A stretch of 64,000 nt of DNA from Heptranchias perlo (GCF_035084215.1 NC_090347.1:25544001-25608000), one strand, 5' to 3'. Counted from the stretch's first letter, positions 27,191 through 41,827 are shown. Program-made: numbers and translations. Notes: generated from the letters alone by a model not told the origin.

Positions 27191-28481
27191 GTATCTGTTA
27201 TTTTCATATTGAATTTCAAAGGCCTTTGATGGGATTAGTATTCTAGCAGTTTAAAGGATACTGGCTTGATTTGCAACTTCAGGTAAATTAAAGGTACAAG
27301 CAAAATGCTGTAGCACCCGGTCCTATAAATGATTTTGTATTAAATAGATCTCCCCTTTCCCAAACTATATGTTCCACATATAATTTTTCCCATTGTCTCC
27401 CCACACTGGGAAAATTTGCTCAAGCTCTCCTTATGCCTTTTAAAGAAACCCCCAACATGATAAAGTTTACTGAGTGAATGGTAAATCCAAAATTGATACC
27501 AACTGGCACTATAAGGGATTATAGGGGCAAGGTCAAAGGTTACACAGGGAAGAGGGGTGAGTAGCCTTTGTTAACAAATTCCACTTGAGCTGTTAGCAAG
27601 CAGGGGAAAAGGTGGGAAGAGATTTAAAGGCATAGTTCAGTGTGTTAGAATTGTGTTTTTTTTATTATTTTGTGAATTTTTTCTCTTCATCTTAAAAGTA
27701 ACTATCTGATTTTTTTTGTTCTTTTCACTTGTGAAAAATCCAATTAAAAAATGAGAAATTGTGATTTGGGTGAATTCAGCCTCAAAGGTTAGTTTAGAAA
27801 TGACAACGCATGTGGATTACAAAATAGGATCATTTTGAGTAATTCCATACAGAAAAAAAGTGTGAGCTACAATATACTGAACATAAATTTATTTCAGGAA
27901 AAAATAAATATTTCAGGACTAAAAGTTACTTTCTGTTTAATTTTTCCATTCCGATCATTTTCCCCTTCTCAACTTCATTCTAACAGCACAAGTTTTTAAA
28001 AACTCAACAGTATTTTAGTGATTTGAATATCAATGAAAATATATTCCAACAGAGGGTGCTATTTGGATGCAGATGAGAGGAATCAACAATAAGTTCCCTT
28101 GGCAGCTACGGAAGAAATTTGCTTGGCTCTCTCCTGAGCCACAAACACTTGTTTCCCTATCACAGAGGGAGAATGAATCCCTTCCTCCCTCGAGAAATAC
28201 AAAAAGAGAAGCTTCACAGTCAATCCAACACACTCCTCCTACTCACATACTATTCTTCTTCATATCCAGACCTGTTTCCTCGATCCTCCACCTATCGCTT
28301 GCAACCATGGTGCTGCCTTCTCACCAAGGCAGCATGCAGGAGGAGCCCAAAATCCCGTTTGGGGGTACTGCTGCCAGCCCAGGTTGGTAGAGCAGTATGA
28401 GCTAATTGACAGGGGAAGGCACAAAATAAAGGAGAGGAGCAGAGTGCGCAAATTTTAACTTTTAGCTGGCAAAACTGAATT

Positions 28482-28843
28482 TCATAGAAACATAGAAACA
28501 TAGAAAATAGGAGCAAGAGTAAGCCATTCGGCCCTTCGGGCTTGCTCCGCCATTCAAAATGATCATGGCTGATCGTCTAACTCAGTACCCTGTTCCGACT
28601 TTTTCCCCATATCCCTTGATCCCTTTAGCATTGAGAAATATATCGATCTCCTTCTTGAATACATCTAATGACTTGGCCTCCATTGCCTTCTGTGGTAGAG
28701 AATTCCACAGGTTCACCACCCTCTGAGTGAAGAAATTGCTCCTCATCTCGGTTCTAAATGGCATACCCCGTATCCTGAGACTGTGACCCCTGGTTCTGGA
28801 CTCTCCAACCATCGGGAACATCCTCCCTGCATCTAGTCTGTCT
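28482..28843 (-). mobile_element. CR1 LINE 3' end
   Basis: SRTRGHSLRIRG...NFFTQRVVNLWNSLPQ and an (acatagaa)n terminal repeat. Confidence 0.88.
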
Positions 28844-31800
28844 CGACACTTTGAAATAAAAACTGATCAATGAATGTACTTTTGAGTTACATGTGTCCAG
28901 AATTTTGAAAGACGGAACAATCTTTTCCTGTACAAGAGAGAAATAAAAATGCTCACACAACCAAAGCTCAACGTGCTGGTATCCTTCTTCTTGGCATTTT
29001 ACTTCTTCTACAGAGATTCGGATTGAGAATTTTGGTTTACACAGTGTCTTTGACTTCACTTCTTTGATCTATCCCTAAAAAAGAGGAAACACTTGTAACC
29101 CAAGACACCATAGTTTAAAAGGAGGCACCAGACACTGGTCAGTGCAAGTTCTTTCTGATATAGAATGTAATATGAAAACTGCCATAGAGAAATTGGAACT
29201 CACCCTGATGAAATTCTCCAAACCTCAAGACGTGGGCTGAACTAAATTTTCAAAAACCAAAATCACATGATTTATGACACAATTTTGTTGTTCTTGTGGT
29301 GCAGCAACATAAAATCGCTAACCTTGGTAATGCACTAGGACAGACATTAAATGGATATTTTTATTGGACCGGAGATTGAAAATCCCATGATATTCATCTA
29401 TATCTCATTGAACTAGGTTATCACACTTTGACAGCAAACTGACTAAGTTTGACTGTTCCCGCCAGTTCCATTACGGTTTGATTTTTCAGCAGCTTTGACA
29501 CCCTCCAATATGCTCTCAGTAGCTCTGGTGGAAGTTCAATTTGTGTGGTGCATCAACTGAGGTTGTTCAAGCAACAAGGTACATGCTGCACCAAAAACAA
29601 TGTCCATTTCTATAGTACTCCTCATGTGAGCCAACAGTATAACTCGGACAGCAGTAAAACTAGGACAGCTCCATTAGAGCTGCCCACTGGCATCTTCTAA
29701 CCTCCCTCCAATAATTTCTGGGCAGAAGTAGGGAAGTGACAGGTGGAAATTTAGACAGGGAACTGCTCCGGTGCATCCTCAACCATTTTTCCACACTTTG
29801 AATTTCCTGCTGATGACCCTACACACCAGACCAGAAATGGATGGTTGTATTGAAATGGTATTTCGATGATTGAAATATGTTGTTTAAAATGATTACCATC
29901 ATTTGACATAAAGCAATATTGGATGCATCAGTGATGTCGAACATGGCTATGCAATGCAAGGGCTGTAGCGCTGCGATCAATTACGCAGGCTTTGGCGCCC
30001 AATCTAAAAAATTTGTTTTTTGAATTTATATCATCAGCACAAAGGTCACTAGCAATCCTATAGTGCAGCAAGCCTTTGAGACTTGGCACAGCCATTCTCT
30101 TTCCCCACTTCATGTGGACTGCTGGACAGATGCCCACCAAAATCATGTAAATGACCTCAAGAAAATTGACTGGGGTCAAGGCCCATCTTTGTGGTGGGCG
30201 GAAGTCCCACCAGAGAATTGCTCCAGTTCCACAACGGCATAAAATCTTACCAGCCCACTCAGATACACATACTGGGTACTGACAGTACCTTAACTGAGTT
30301 CAAATCCCTGACACTGTTGAGCTCAGTAACCCCTCCAAGTCAGTTCCCCTGAAGGCATTGCAGCACTTAAACAAAATATTGAAATAACTATTCTCCCCAC
30401 ACATATATGTCCACGCATAAAGTTAAAATTAAACCGATTGTTTGTAGCTGATTAATAAAATGATACTTTTATATTTCTAAAATTGTCATGCAAAAATTGC
30501 ATATTACTCGGGATTTTTTTCTCCCTCTGTACAATAACTTGCTAAGTTCAAATTAATGTTACGATTCGTTAGTTAAAATTTTTAACTTAACACAGCAACC
30601 GTCAATAAAGTAACACAGAACCCATGATGCATCAGTAGATACACGTACTGCATGAGAAACTACAGAACTATACAGACCTGGAAAGTACCAGTTTGAACTT
30701 TGGCCAATCTCACAGTCGAATTGCCTGCCAATGCTCACTGGGGGTAATTTTCTAAACTTGTGCACCCAGCGGGGAGCATTGTCTACCATTGTTGGAAACT
30801 TAGGCACACACAGTCCATTAGATTCCAACTATTTAAATTAATGGACTCAACCTAATTTCTGATATGCACTCCCAGGGAGTGAGCCTTCCTGCCAGTAGCA
30901 TATTGAAGGAGAATTACCTCTACTGTCCAGACTTACATATGAAGAATAGTCTCCTGACCAAGGCACCTGATAGCCAATACTCAAGCTTGAGTTGGCACAT
31001 TAAGGAGAGAAGGGTAACGTGGAGAAAATTGGAGGGAAAAATAAATAATACTACTCAAAGTTTATCTCAAGTTTTAGAAATCATTAATAGGAAGTCCTTA
31101 CAGGGTGGGTGCAATGGGTTGCAGCAATGTTGTAAAAGGATACTAACTAAAGTTTTGTTGGGCATAAAAGACTCTAAATACAGCCATTCTATTTGGTACC
31201 CCAGAGTGTTCAATGCTGATACCATGATAAAAGGAAAAGTTTTCCATTCTGAAGCACTGACATCTCTCTCCTGGATGAGCAAAAATCTTTTAATAAATAA
31301 CAATACAGAAATCTTTGAATTTCTGCTAGAAGCTCAAAAGTAATAGAAAATGTTTTGCACTGCTTGCTATCTTTTATATGCCAAATTGACAACGGAAACC
31401 AGAATGTTGTCAGAAAAGCAGCATTCAAAATGTAGTGCAAATGCAACATGCCCAAGATCACAGTGCGGTTTCAGATCCAGTTCCTGTACATTTAAGAGCA
31501 CAGTATTTCGTCCAATTTAGTCAGGCTATCATTTAGTCACAGTTAACTATAATCTCTTAATAAATCTTCACTTCTCAATCAAAAAATTCACCAATCCTAT
31601 TCTAGTTTAAATCTGATTTATTCACAAGTGTTTCATAATAGTGGGCTCAACAGTTTCTTTAGCAATTAAACTCATTTCCTGTGACCTGTCACTTAATATT
31701 ACTCTTGCTAAAACTGTCACTCCTCGAATCTGTGTTTTCGGTAGATTTTTTAAAAAAAACTCTTTATTCAGTTATACCTTAACATGCTGATTCTGTTTTT

Positions 31801-32099
31801 TCCCCAAATAGAACTTTTTTGAAATGCTATATTTTAATTAAAAGAGCATAATGTTTTTACTTCCCTCTATTGCAATTTGTCTTTTAAATTTTTATTTTAC
31901 CTCTTGCACTCTCTATACTTCACATTCCATAAGTGAAGGGTCTCAATGCTTGAAGTACTGTGGAGTACTTTTGTCTGCTAAAATATCTTAGCACAGAATT
32001 GCAGATCTAATATCTGGATGCGAACTTCTTCCATATTATTCATTTAGTATCCTATGTACTACTAGTTGATCTCCCACAGCTGTGCACCTGGGTGAGATT

Positions 32100-32400
32100 G
32101 GAGGTAAAAGGGACAAGGGAAGAAAGGGGAGGGAAGTAAGGGAAAAGAGGGAAGGGGAATGGAGAAAAAAAGGCAAGGGGAGGAGACGAGAATGGTGAAG
32201 GGTTAAGGTTCTGGAAGTTCGGGAGTAAGGTGGAAGGGGTGAAGAGTGGGGGTGTGGGGAATGGGGGGCAGAGAATGGTGAAAGGGTAAGGGGCAGTGGA
32301 GATAGTACAATGGGCAAGGATGATGGGGTGAGGGGGAAGATGGGATGGGGAGGGGGAGCAGGTAAGGGGAGAAGGGGGCAGGGGGAAAAGCGAGAGGGGA
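32100..32400 (+). repeat. Purine/G-rich low-complexity tract
   Basis: Strongly A/G-biased with many G runs. Confidence 0.75.
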
Positions 32401-32479
32401 TAATTGTAGTAAATAAATAAATATACAATAATATAGAAAGATGATGCCAAAGGTGATGAAATACCCAACCCTACTGTAA

Positions 32480-33300
32480 AGTACATCAGTCAGCTGATGA
32501 ATGCATTCCTATACTGCTCCAAGGTTGATATTACAGAGTTCCCCTGCAGCTGCCTAAAATAAACCAGTGGCATAATAGTTGTTTGCAGTCATCACAGGGA
32601 GAGCAGTGTGGGTAGATGACCATGGCCTCAGATCCTCATACAGTAGGTAGCAGAATTTCCCTATTGCACACTCTTCCCATACACATCTCTTCACTAAGGT
32701 CCTTGTATGACCTCTGTTGCCTATATATTCTACGGTGGGGTAATATCTGGCAGGGCCCATCCTCCTTAAGCGGTGTCTGACTCTCTTTTGCTCCATTCTG
32801 TGCTGCTCCTCCTTCTCTTCTTACATGATAATGGCAGACAAGGATACACCATAGGGAATGTCATGTCTGCTCACAAGCCTCACAGTGGGTGGGGTGAAAG
32901 TGTTAACATTTTCCAGTCCCGCTACACTTTCAGAAGCAGTGAGCAGCAAGTCCAGGCTTGTGTAAGCAGAATGGTAAAAAAAAATGCTGCATAAAGTCCT
33001 TTCCAGCTGCAGAAATTGCGACTGAAACTCTCCATAGTCTTCAGGCTCAGAAACCCCTCACTTCCTCCCTTCATTGCCTGGCAACAGCTGCACCTTATAA
33101 TTCTCAGTCGAACTTACCTCAGGTCCTTTGCAAGTATAGAAGCAGGAAGCTCAAGAGCTACAGCAGCACTGGCCCACATTATGATATATTTAGACAAGGT
33201 CGCTTGAGACTCAATGGGCAGATCATGGAAAGGGCCAAAGAATGCAAGGGAATTTGGGTGATCAATTTTGGGGTGGAAAACAGGCATAAATGGCTTCTGC
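32480..33300 (-). mobile_element. Degenerate Harbinger transposase 5' relic
   Basis: LLYEDLRPWSSTHTALPVMTANNYYATGLF resembles LLNDELLPDGPSSIFLPVAVKVTTALNFFASGSF of the 11253 transposase. Confidence 0.55.
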
Positions 33301-34279
33301 CCCCTTTTGCTGTCCCCAAAGAAAAGTTACTTGCCCCAATTAAACACTGAAATTCCATCAAAATTAGCAAGGATGTTCTGGACCAGGATGTCTAAACATG
33401 TTTTTGTCATGTGAATGCCACATGTCCTTGCATTTCTGGCACCACACTTCAGTTGGAGAAAAATTAGCATAAACTAATTATAAACAAATCTCTTTCATCC
33501 AAATATCTTACAGCTGATTTCCTAATAATGCAAAATGATTGATTTCCATTTACCATATCTAAGTTATTCACAAGGAGATGACGAACCAATCCAGTCGCGC
33601 AAAATACTTTTTGATGATGTTTTTGACCGACATTTTTGCCAACTACGACGAAGTAAAAAAAATAATTTACAACATGGCTAATATTTGAAAACAAGACGAA
33701 TGTATGTTTGAGGCCAAGGCAAGTGTTACACACATTCAGCACCTTATTTTCCTCCAAATTAAAAATGAACTAAGTGGATCATGATAGGTAAAATGAAGTG
33801 ACACGCTTTAAATGCCATTTCACCCATCCAGTGCAGCTGTCTGTTCATTACTTGAGCAGCATAACAACAACATATCTTTAATTAGTCATTTGGGAAGAGG
33901 AACAGAAAGAACAGCATGAGGAAAGTAATTTAGAAGTTGACCACAAAATTAGATGGATAACTTTGTTTTAAAAAACTACCTATCGTTGGCCGTCGCTGCT
34001 GCTGAAGAATCCGAAGCAGGCCCGACGCCTGCCCTGCTCGTCGCTCTCCAATTTCTGCGAGGGGACCTAAAACAGGCGTTAGGGCCCTTATTTACATTTG
34101 TAAGGCATCGAATGTTTGTTTTAGGTGGCCGCCAGGATGCCTGAAAAATGTCTTGACTCATTTTCGGGTCAGACATTTTTCAGGTATCCTTGCAGTGCAG
34201 GATGTTGATCCCCGCAGTTGGTCTTTGCTGTGCCCATTTTACATCTGTAGAATGGGTCCAACGAGTTCCAATTTCTACC

Positions 34280-34690
34280 CCTATGTTTTTCCAGTACAAA
34301 AAGTCCCAGTTTACTGAGCCTGTCATGATAATTAAGATCCTTGAGATTTGGTATCATTCTAGTTGCCCTGCTCTGGTCTTTCTCCAGAGACTTAATATCC
34401 CCCGTCATGTGAGGGAGGGGACCAAAATTGAGTACTGTATTCTAGATATGGCCACACCATATATGCTATAGGTTAAGTATTATATTTCTTGTTTTGTATT
34501 TAACTGTCCTAGCTATACATTATGACGCACTATTTGCTTCTTCTATAGCCTTGTAACACTGGTCATGAACCTTCAGTGTTTCATGAACAATAATCCCCAG
34601 GGCCATCTCCTGCTCCTACCCTTAAGAGGGTATCCCTGCATGCTATACACATGCCTAGAATTGGTGAATCCCAAATGCTTCACACTGCAT
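34280..34690 (-). mobile_element. Old CR1 relic
   Basis: DIKSLEKDQSRATRMIPNLKDLNYHDRLSKLGLFVLEK. Boundaries approximate. Confidence 0.65.
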
Positions 34691-35091
34691 TTATCCGGAA
34701 AACTGGAGGAAGTTCGGGCTTGATCCAAGACTTGATATCAGGAAAACAGTTGAGACATGGAGGCAGTGGGAGCATCAAGAGAGGTAGTGGAAAGGTAGGT
34801 TCTAGATGTCATCAGTGTACATGTGGTAGCTGATCTCATGTCTGCAATGGTATGACCAAAGGGCAGCATGTAGATGAAGAACAAGACAGTGTCCCTGATG
34901 TGCATTTCCAGCAGGCGTCATGAACAGTGACTTCACTTCAATATTATAATGGGAGTGATGATGTCAGTGAGAAATTCCAGCTATCTCTTGGCAGTTATGG
35001 TGTATTCACACTCATTCAGAAGAATACTTATGTACAATGACTGTTTCTGATTGTTAGGCAGCTGGTGGATATAGAAGTGTTGATGTAATGG

Positions 35092-35868
35092 GTCTTACAA
35101 CACCAGGTTATAGTCCAACAGCTTTATTTGGAATCACAAGCTTTCCATAAAGGCACAGCATATATAGTCAGAGAACAATGCCTGGTGATTACAGATAATC
35201 TTTCCAACTGCCCGTTATCACACCTCGGCAGAGATATAATCAAAGCAATCAAAGGAATGGATGGTGTTCAGACAGAGAAACATTACATCCCAGACTACTG
35301 AATGCACAAGCGGTCATAACACAAAGACAGAGAGAGAGAGAGAGAGAGAGAGAAAAACACCCGAAAGGCAGAGAAAGAGAGAGAATGACCAGTTGTATTA
35401 AAAACAGATAACTTTTTTTTGCTGGTGGGGTTACATGTAGCGTGACATGAACCCAAGATCCCGGTTGAGGCAGTCCTCATGGGTGCGGAACTTGACTATC
35501 AATTTCTGCTCGACGATTTTGCGTTGTCGTGTGTCTCGAAGGCCGCCTTGGAGAACGCTTACCCGAAGATCGGAGGCTGAATGTCCTTGATTGCTGAAGT
35601 GTTCCCCGACTGGGAGGAAACCCTCCTGTCTGGCGATTGTTGCGCGGTGTCCGTTCATCCGTTGTCGCAGTGTCTGCATGGTCTCGCCGCTGTACCATGC
35701 TCCGGGGCATCCTTTCCTGCAACGTATGAGGTAGACAACGTTGGCCGAGTCACAGGAGTATGAACCATGTACCTGATGGGTGGTGTCCTCTCGTGTGATG
35801 GTGGTATCTGTGTCGATGATCTGGCATGTCTTGCAGAGGTTGCCGTGGCAGGGTTGTGTGGTGTCGTG
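35092..35868 (-). mobile_element. Penelope-like retroelement, 5'-truncated, GIY-YIG endonuclease C-terminus + 3' UTR
   Basis: ANVVYLIRCRKGCPGAWYSGETMQTLRQRMNGHR...VGEHFS...EQKLIVKF...LNRD is a GIY-YIG domain. The 3' UTR is shared with 53401-53929. Contains a (GA)n tract at ~35329-35353. Confidence 0.85.
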
Positions 35869-36540
35869 TCACCAGGTACATAACTTCTGGAAACATTGCT
35901 AACTCCAAGTCTATAGGCTTTAATCCATTTATTAAACTGGCTCTCTAATACTGTTAATTTATCAGTTTCTAAGGAGTCTAAACCTAAATTAATCTCACCA
36001 ATTTATATCAATCGCAGACATTGGTGTCAACTGCAAATTTATAATCAGCAAGCAGTTAATGCTGAATTAGTGTGACAAAACGGAACTACCTTTGTAACCT
36101 CTGTTATTTATTTCATCAATTAAGCCTGATCAATTAATGATTTGCTTACTCAGTGTTTAGGTTTAAGTGCTGCAAACTGTGGTTTTTTGTTAATTGTTAG
36201 TTCATAACTTTGTTGTTTGACTTCTTCTTTGATAATTGGCAATAAAGGGTTAATTCCTTATTCAGTAGCTTGTGCAGATCCTGATGAGAGGCTGGCAGTG
36301 TAAATGCTAATACAATCCCTACTAGTTGATGTAAGACAGTTTGATGAGCCAAATGTGCTCATCGAACTATCTTACGACAACTGGATAAATTTTCTTGTCA
36401 GGGTATCAATCCCAGCGTTCTTAGCAGCTTGAAATAATTCTGACTCATCAAAATTGAGTGACATTGTAACTTTTACAGCCAGTGATGATGCTGGGCCTGT
36501 GGTGGCGTTTTGTTGCAGCTCTGCTTGCAGTACATGACAC

Positions 36541-37785
36541 ATAGGGTGGATAAAGGGGAACCAGTGGACGTAGTGTATTTAGACTTCCAGAAGGCATTCG
36601 ACAAGGTGCCACATAAAAGATTATTGCTCAAGATAAAGAATCACTGGATTGGGGGTAATATTCTGGCAAGGGTGGAGGATTGATTATCTAACAGGAAGCA
36701 GAGAGTTGGGACAAATGGTTCATTCTCGGACTGGCAACCAGTAGCCAGTGGTGTTCCGCAGGGGTCGGTGCTGGGTCCCGAACTCTTTACAATCTATATT
36801 AACGATTTGGAGGAGGGGACCGAGTGTAACATATCAAAGTTTGCAGATGATACAAAGATGGGAGGGAAAGTAGAGAGTGAGGAGGACATAAAAAACCTAC
36901 AAGGGAATATAGACAGGCTGGGTGAGTGGGCGGAGATTTGGCAGATGCAATACAATATTGGAAAATGTGAGGTTATGCACTTTGGCAGGAAAAATCAAAG
37001 AGCAAGTTATTATCTTAATGGCGAGAAACTGGAAAGTACTGCAGTACAAAGGGATCTGGGGGTCCTAGTGCAAGAAAATCAAAAGGTTAGTATGCAGGTG
37101 CAGCAGGTGATCAAGAAGGTCAACGGAATGTTGGCTTTTATTGCTAGGGGGATAGAATATAAAAACAGGGAGGTATTGCTGCAGCTATATAAGGTATTGG
37201 TGAGACCGCACCTGGAATACTGCATACAGTTTTGGTCTCCATACTTAAGAAAAGACATACTTGCTCTCGTGGCAGTACAAAGAAGGTTCACTCGGTTAAT
37301 CCCGGGGATGAGGGGGCGGACATATGAGGAGAGGTTGAGTAGATTGGGACTCTACTCATTGGAGTTCAGAAGAATGAGAGGCGATCTTATTGAAACATAT
37401 AAGATTGTGAAGGGGCTTGATCGGGTGGATGCAGTAAGGATGTTCCCAAGGATGGGTGAAACTAGAACTAGGAGGCATAATCTTAGAATAAGGGGCTGCT
37501 CTTTCAAAACTGAGATGAGGAGAAACTTCTTCACTCAGCGGGTAGTAGGTCTGTGGAATTTGCTGCCCCAGGAAGCTGTGGAAGCTACATCATTAAATAA
37601 ATTTAAAACAGAAATATTCAGTTTCCTAGAAGTAAAGGGAATTAGGGGTTACGGGGAGCGGGCAGGAAATTGGACATGAATTTAGATTTGAGGTTAGGAT
37701 CAGATCAGCCATGATCTTATTGAATGGCGGAGCAGGCTCAAGGGGCCGATTGGCCTACTCCTGCTCCTATTTCTTATGTTCTTAT
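36541..37785 (+). mobile_element. Young 5'-truncated CR1 LINE
   Basis: 303-aa open RT C-terminus (SKFADDTK...LWNLLPQ) and a 3' UTR ending ttcttatgttcttat. Confidence 0.92.
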
Positions 37786-37859
37786 ATCTGTCACAGCTGC
37801 TCTGGTAAATTGAAGTCTTTGATTTGTCCTATGAAGCAGTGGAGGTATGTTGACCTCTA

Positions 37860-39097
37860 TCTTCCTTTCCTGGCCCCCATGTTAGCTGATATTGTTAACA
37901 GTTCCCTCTCCTCAGGTACTATCCCCCTCCCCTTTAAATCTACTGTCAACATGCACCTCCTCAAAAAAACCACCCTTGACCCCTCTGTCCTTGCAAACTA
38001 TCACCCCATCTCCAACCTCCCTTTCCTCTCCAAAGTCCTTGAACACGATGTCGCCTCCCAAATCTGTGCCCATCTTTCCCGCAACTTCGTGTTTGAACCC
38101 CACAATAAGGTTTCCATCCCAGCCACAATACTGAAACGGCCCTTATTAAAGTCACAAATGACATCTTATGTGACTGTGACCATGGTAAACCAATCCTCTT
38201 CATCTTTCTTGACCTGTCTTCAGCCTTTGACATTGTTGACCACACCATCCTCGTCCAACGCCTCTCCTCTGTCGTCCATCTGGGTGGGACTGCACTCGTG
38301 GGGTTCCATTCTTATATATCCAGTCGTACCCAGAGACTCACCAGCAATGTCTTCTCTTCCCGCTCCCGCACCATTAGCTCAGGAGTCCCCCAAGAGTCTA
38401 TCCTTGGCCCCCTCCTATTTCTCATCTATATGCTGCCCCTCGGTGACATCATACGAAAACACATCAGGTTCCACATGTACACTGATGACACCTCACTACC
38501 ATCTCCCTCGGCCCCTCCGCTGTCTCTGGTTTGTCACACTGCTCCAATACTGGATGAGCAAAAATTTCCTCCAACTCAGTATTGGGAAGACCGAAGCCAT
38601 TGTCTTTGGTCCCTGCCACAAACTTCCCTAGCCACCAACTCCAATCCTCTCCCTGGCCATTGTCTGAGGCTGAACCAGACTGTTCACAAACTTGGTATCC
38701 TATTTGATCCTGAGATGAGCTTCCGACCACATATCCATTCCATCACCAAAACCGCCTACTTCCATCTCTGTAACATTGCCCATCTCTGCTCCTGCCTCAG
38801 CTCATCTGCTGCTGAAACCCTCATCCATGCCTTTGTTACTTCTAGCCCTGACTACTCCAATGCTCTCCTGGCCAGCCTCCCATCTTCCACCCTCCATAAA
38901 CTTGAGCTCATCCTAAACTCTGCTGCCCGTATCCTAACTCGCATCAATTCCCGTTCACCCATCACTCCTGTGCTCGCTGACCTACATTTGCTCCCGGAAC
39001 GGGAATGCCTTGATTTTAAAATTCTCATCCTTGTTTTCAAATCCCTCCATGGCTTCACCCCTCCATATCCCTGTAACCTCCTCCAGCCCTACAACCC
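37860..39097 (+). mobile_element. L2-clade LINE ORF2 fragment
   Basis: NYHPISNLPFLSKVLE, SGVPQESILGPLLF, YTDDT, WMSKNFLQLSIGKTEAI and ETLIHAFVTS. Confidence 0.85.
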
Positions 39098-41827
39098 ACA
39101 TGGCATAGATATGACGTAGAGATATAAGTAATGAATTACGTATCCTGTTTTTGAACTCTGGTCCAGGCTGACGCACTGAAAAGGTATTTTCAGGTTCTGT
39201 ACATTCTTATATTCCTAAACGTGTTCCTTTTTATATTTTAAATGTTCGCGTTTTGAGTCTGTACACTCAGTCTGAGTGAAGTCTGTCTGTTTTGATGTTA
39301 TAGCTGTGGCTTAACTGCCATTAAAAGCCAACACTACTATGACTCAGTTCAGTTGTTAAAGAACTCCACCATTCATCTGTGAAACACTATCTTATTTCTC
39401 CGAGTTACATTGAGCCTGGTTTTTACATAGCAGAAACTTTGAGGTATACTGTACAACTGCTCAGCTTTGTTGTGGCCTGTGAAGTGGAAATTTTTTTCAT
39501 GTATGATATGTTTATCAGATAAAACTGTGGACAATCACAAGTCTGCAGCATTGTCATTCTTTACCAGAACAAATAGAATCAATTTGACAAGATAATCAGA
39601 ATGTCCTCTGGAATTGCTGGATGTCTGTAGACTTTTATGCAGGAACTGTCAAAATTTGACAGAAATCTTTGTCAACACAGCTCTTTCAAGGGCTAGTTTG
39701 GTAAAGGAAAGGTCTTGAATGAAACTCAGAAATATCCTTTCCCTTTTAGGAACTTTATTAAATAATTCGTGCTTTGATTTTACACCAAAATTGCACATTC
39801 TTGTTGAAGATCCCTCCGACACAAGCAGAAATCTTATGATATACATCTTAAAAAGTGCTCACAACTCACGTTAGAATGGATGTTGTTCTTTTCCTAAATT
39901 TGAAACAACTGACCAGAGGTGGTCCATTTATGGGAATCCATAAAGATTCTTTAGATCAAGTAATATTTTAGAAAAGCTCCATGATGTTGAGGTATTAGGC
40001 TACAGTTAAATAGACCTGTATACAATTGCAATAATAAAGTTTGCGACTTGAAATTTAATGAACACTATTCCCACTTAAATGGCCGATGCATGTACTATTG
40101 TATTTTTAAAGAGTTCACAGACTTATTACATCCTGAAGGTGAAACGTAGTAAACATTTATGTGTTCGGGGAGGGGGAGGGGCAGCTGAGTCTCGTCATTT
40201 GATAAGACAACGTGCGTTTTTCACAATAATATATTGTAATTGTAGAGAAATATGGAGAGTCGATGCTATTTTCACTTGTCAGAACATATTGTTATACGAT
40301 TATTGTTATTTGATGTGTAATTTAATTAAGCTTGATTGATAGCATAACTTCAAAGGCAAAAATGATTTTTAACACAGGACTATACCAATCTTCTGCATTT
40401 CATTCCCGAACTGAGCTCATTAGAAAGAATTTGGTGTCATAAACTGATTTTATGTATACCATAAGGGAGATCTCAAGAAGCCAAAAGACATTGCTAGAAC
40501 ATAGTTTATTTTATTGTTTGTGTCATTAAAATTCTGCAAAACACACATGAGCTAAGGGCTCTTTAAGAGGACAATTCCATGCTATGCACAGATGACAATA
40601 TTGCCTTATTCTGATTATATTGCCTGAATCTAAAATGTCTAAATATTTATTAATACATGAATAAATACTGTAATAATTTTAGCCTGTACCAGTCTAGTGC
40701 TGAGATTGAAATTTTTAAAATTTGAATAGGTTGAATTTTAGTTTACAATTGACTTCATTTGGATTAGGCACAGACCACATTATGCCTTATGCAAAGGCAG
40801 AAATGGTTAAGAGGTGTACTTCTGGTATGAGGGAAAAGGCTCACTTACCTTATCTTTCCTCTTGCAAGATAAAATAGTTTCACTAAGTGTTAAACCACAT
40901 GTTCGATGCAAATCCTTGTATTGCAATTGTTTATCTTTGCTCTCGGTGTATATGTCAGTATAAATATCAAGATGTATACTTTTTCCCAAAACATGAGTCA
41001 TTTTTAATATCGGTAAGTGAATCAGCTTTCCATTGAATGATGAAAGCCTTAGCTGTCCAATCCCACTTATACAAAGAGTAGGCACAAATTTTGTGGAAAT
41101 TAAAATAGCAAATGATATACGTGTTTTCTGGTTTCCACTTGCAATAGTGAATAACAATATCTTAAGACTGATACTCTCCTTTGATTCGAATCTTGAGGGG
41201 TAGGTTTCAAACAACACTCTTTTCCGATCAGCCAATTTAAAAATAAAATGATCTTCTATTGCTTGTCAAAATAATATTTTGTGAGACAAATTAAGACGTT
41301 AAAATTATAATGTTACAGAAAAACTACTTTGAACATTTGTTTGTATAATGACTCTGGCCTAGAATTTCAAACTCACCTGCAAGGGGGGAGGGCACACTCT
41401 CTACAGGGACTATGTGAAATTGGTGCCACCAACTCATTGTCATGAGTCAGGCATGCAGCCAGCGCTACCCACATGACTTATTGTCTTGGGGAGGGCAGGA
41501 AATCGGGCTTGACTAACACCACTTAAGGTGAGCCAGCACCTCTTGAAGGAGAGATGCACTTTGGCTGCAGACAGCAGGGAATCATTCTCAAAGGGATAAA
41601 ATGGTTGGAAGAACTACAGAAAGGGCGTCCAGGTTCTCGGATGCAGCTTTGGAGGACCTGGTCCAGGCTGTCAACAGGAGGAGGAAGATCCTATTTTCCT
41701 CTGGTTGGGGGGTGGGGGAGACAGAAAGGATGGTGGCCATAATGATTGTGGAACCATTGGTGCATTGGGAATAAGAGAAATGGTTCACGTGCTCTTGAAT
41801 GAGCTGCTTTCAAAGAGTTCTGGTAGC

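Noticed and set aside
28030-28516. Cluster of ORFs in unique-looking DNA
   Set aside because: No recognisable homology and no convincing splice boundaries.
30864-31343. 159-aa ORF as a novel gene
   Set aside because: No recognisable domain. The C-terminal WMSKNLLINNNTEIF resembles decayed L2 ORF2.
32036-32486. Pro/Leu/Ser-rich ORFs
   Set aside because: Artefact of the purine-rich low-complexity tract.
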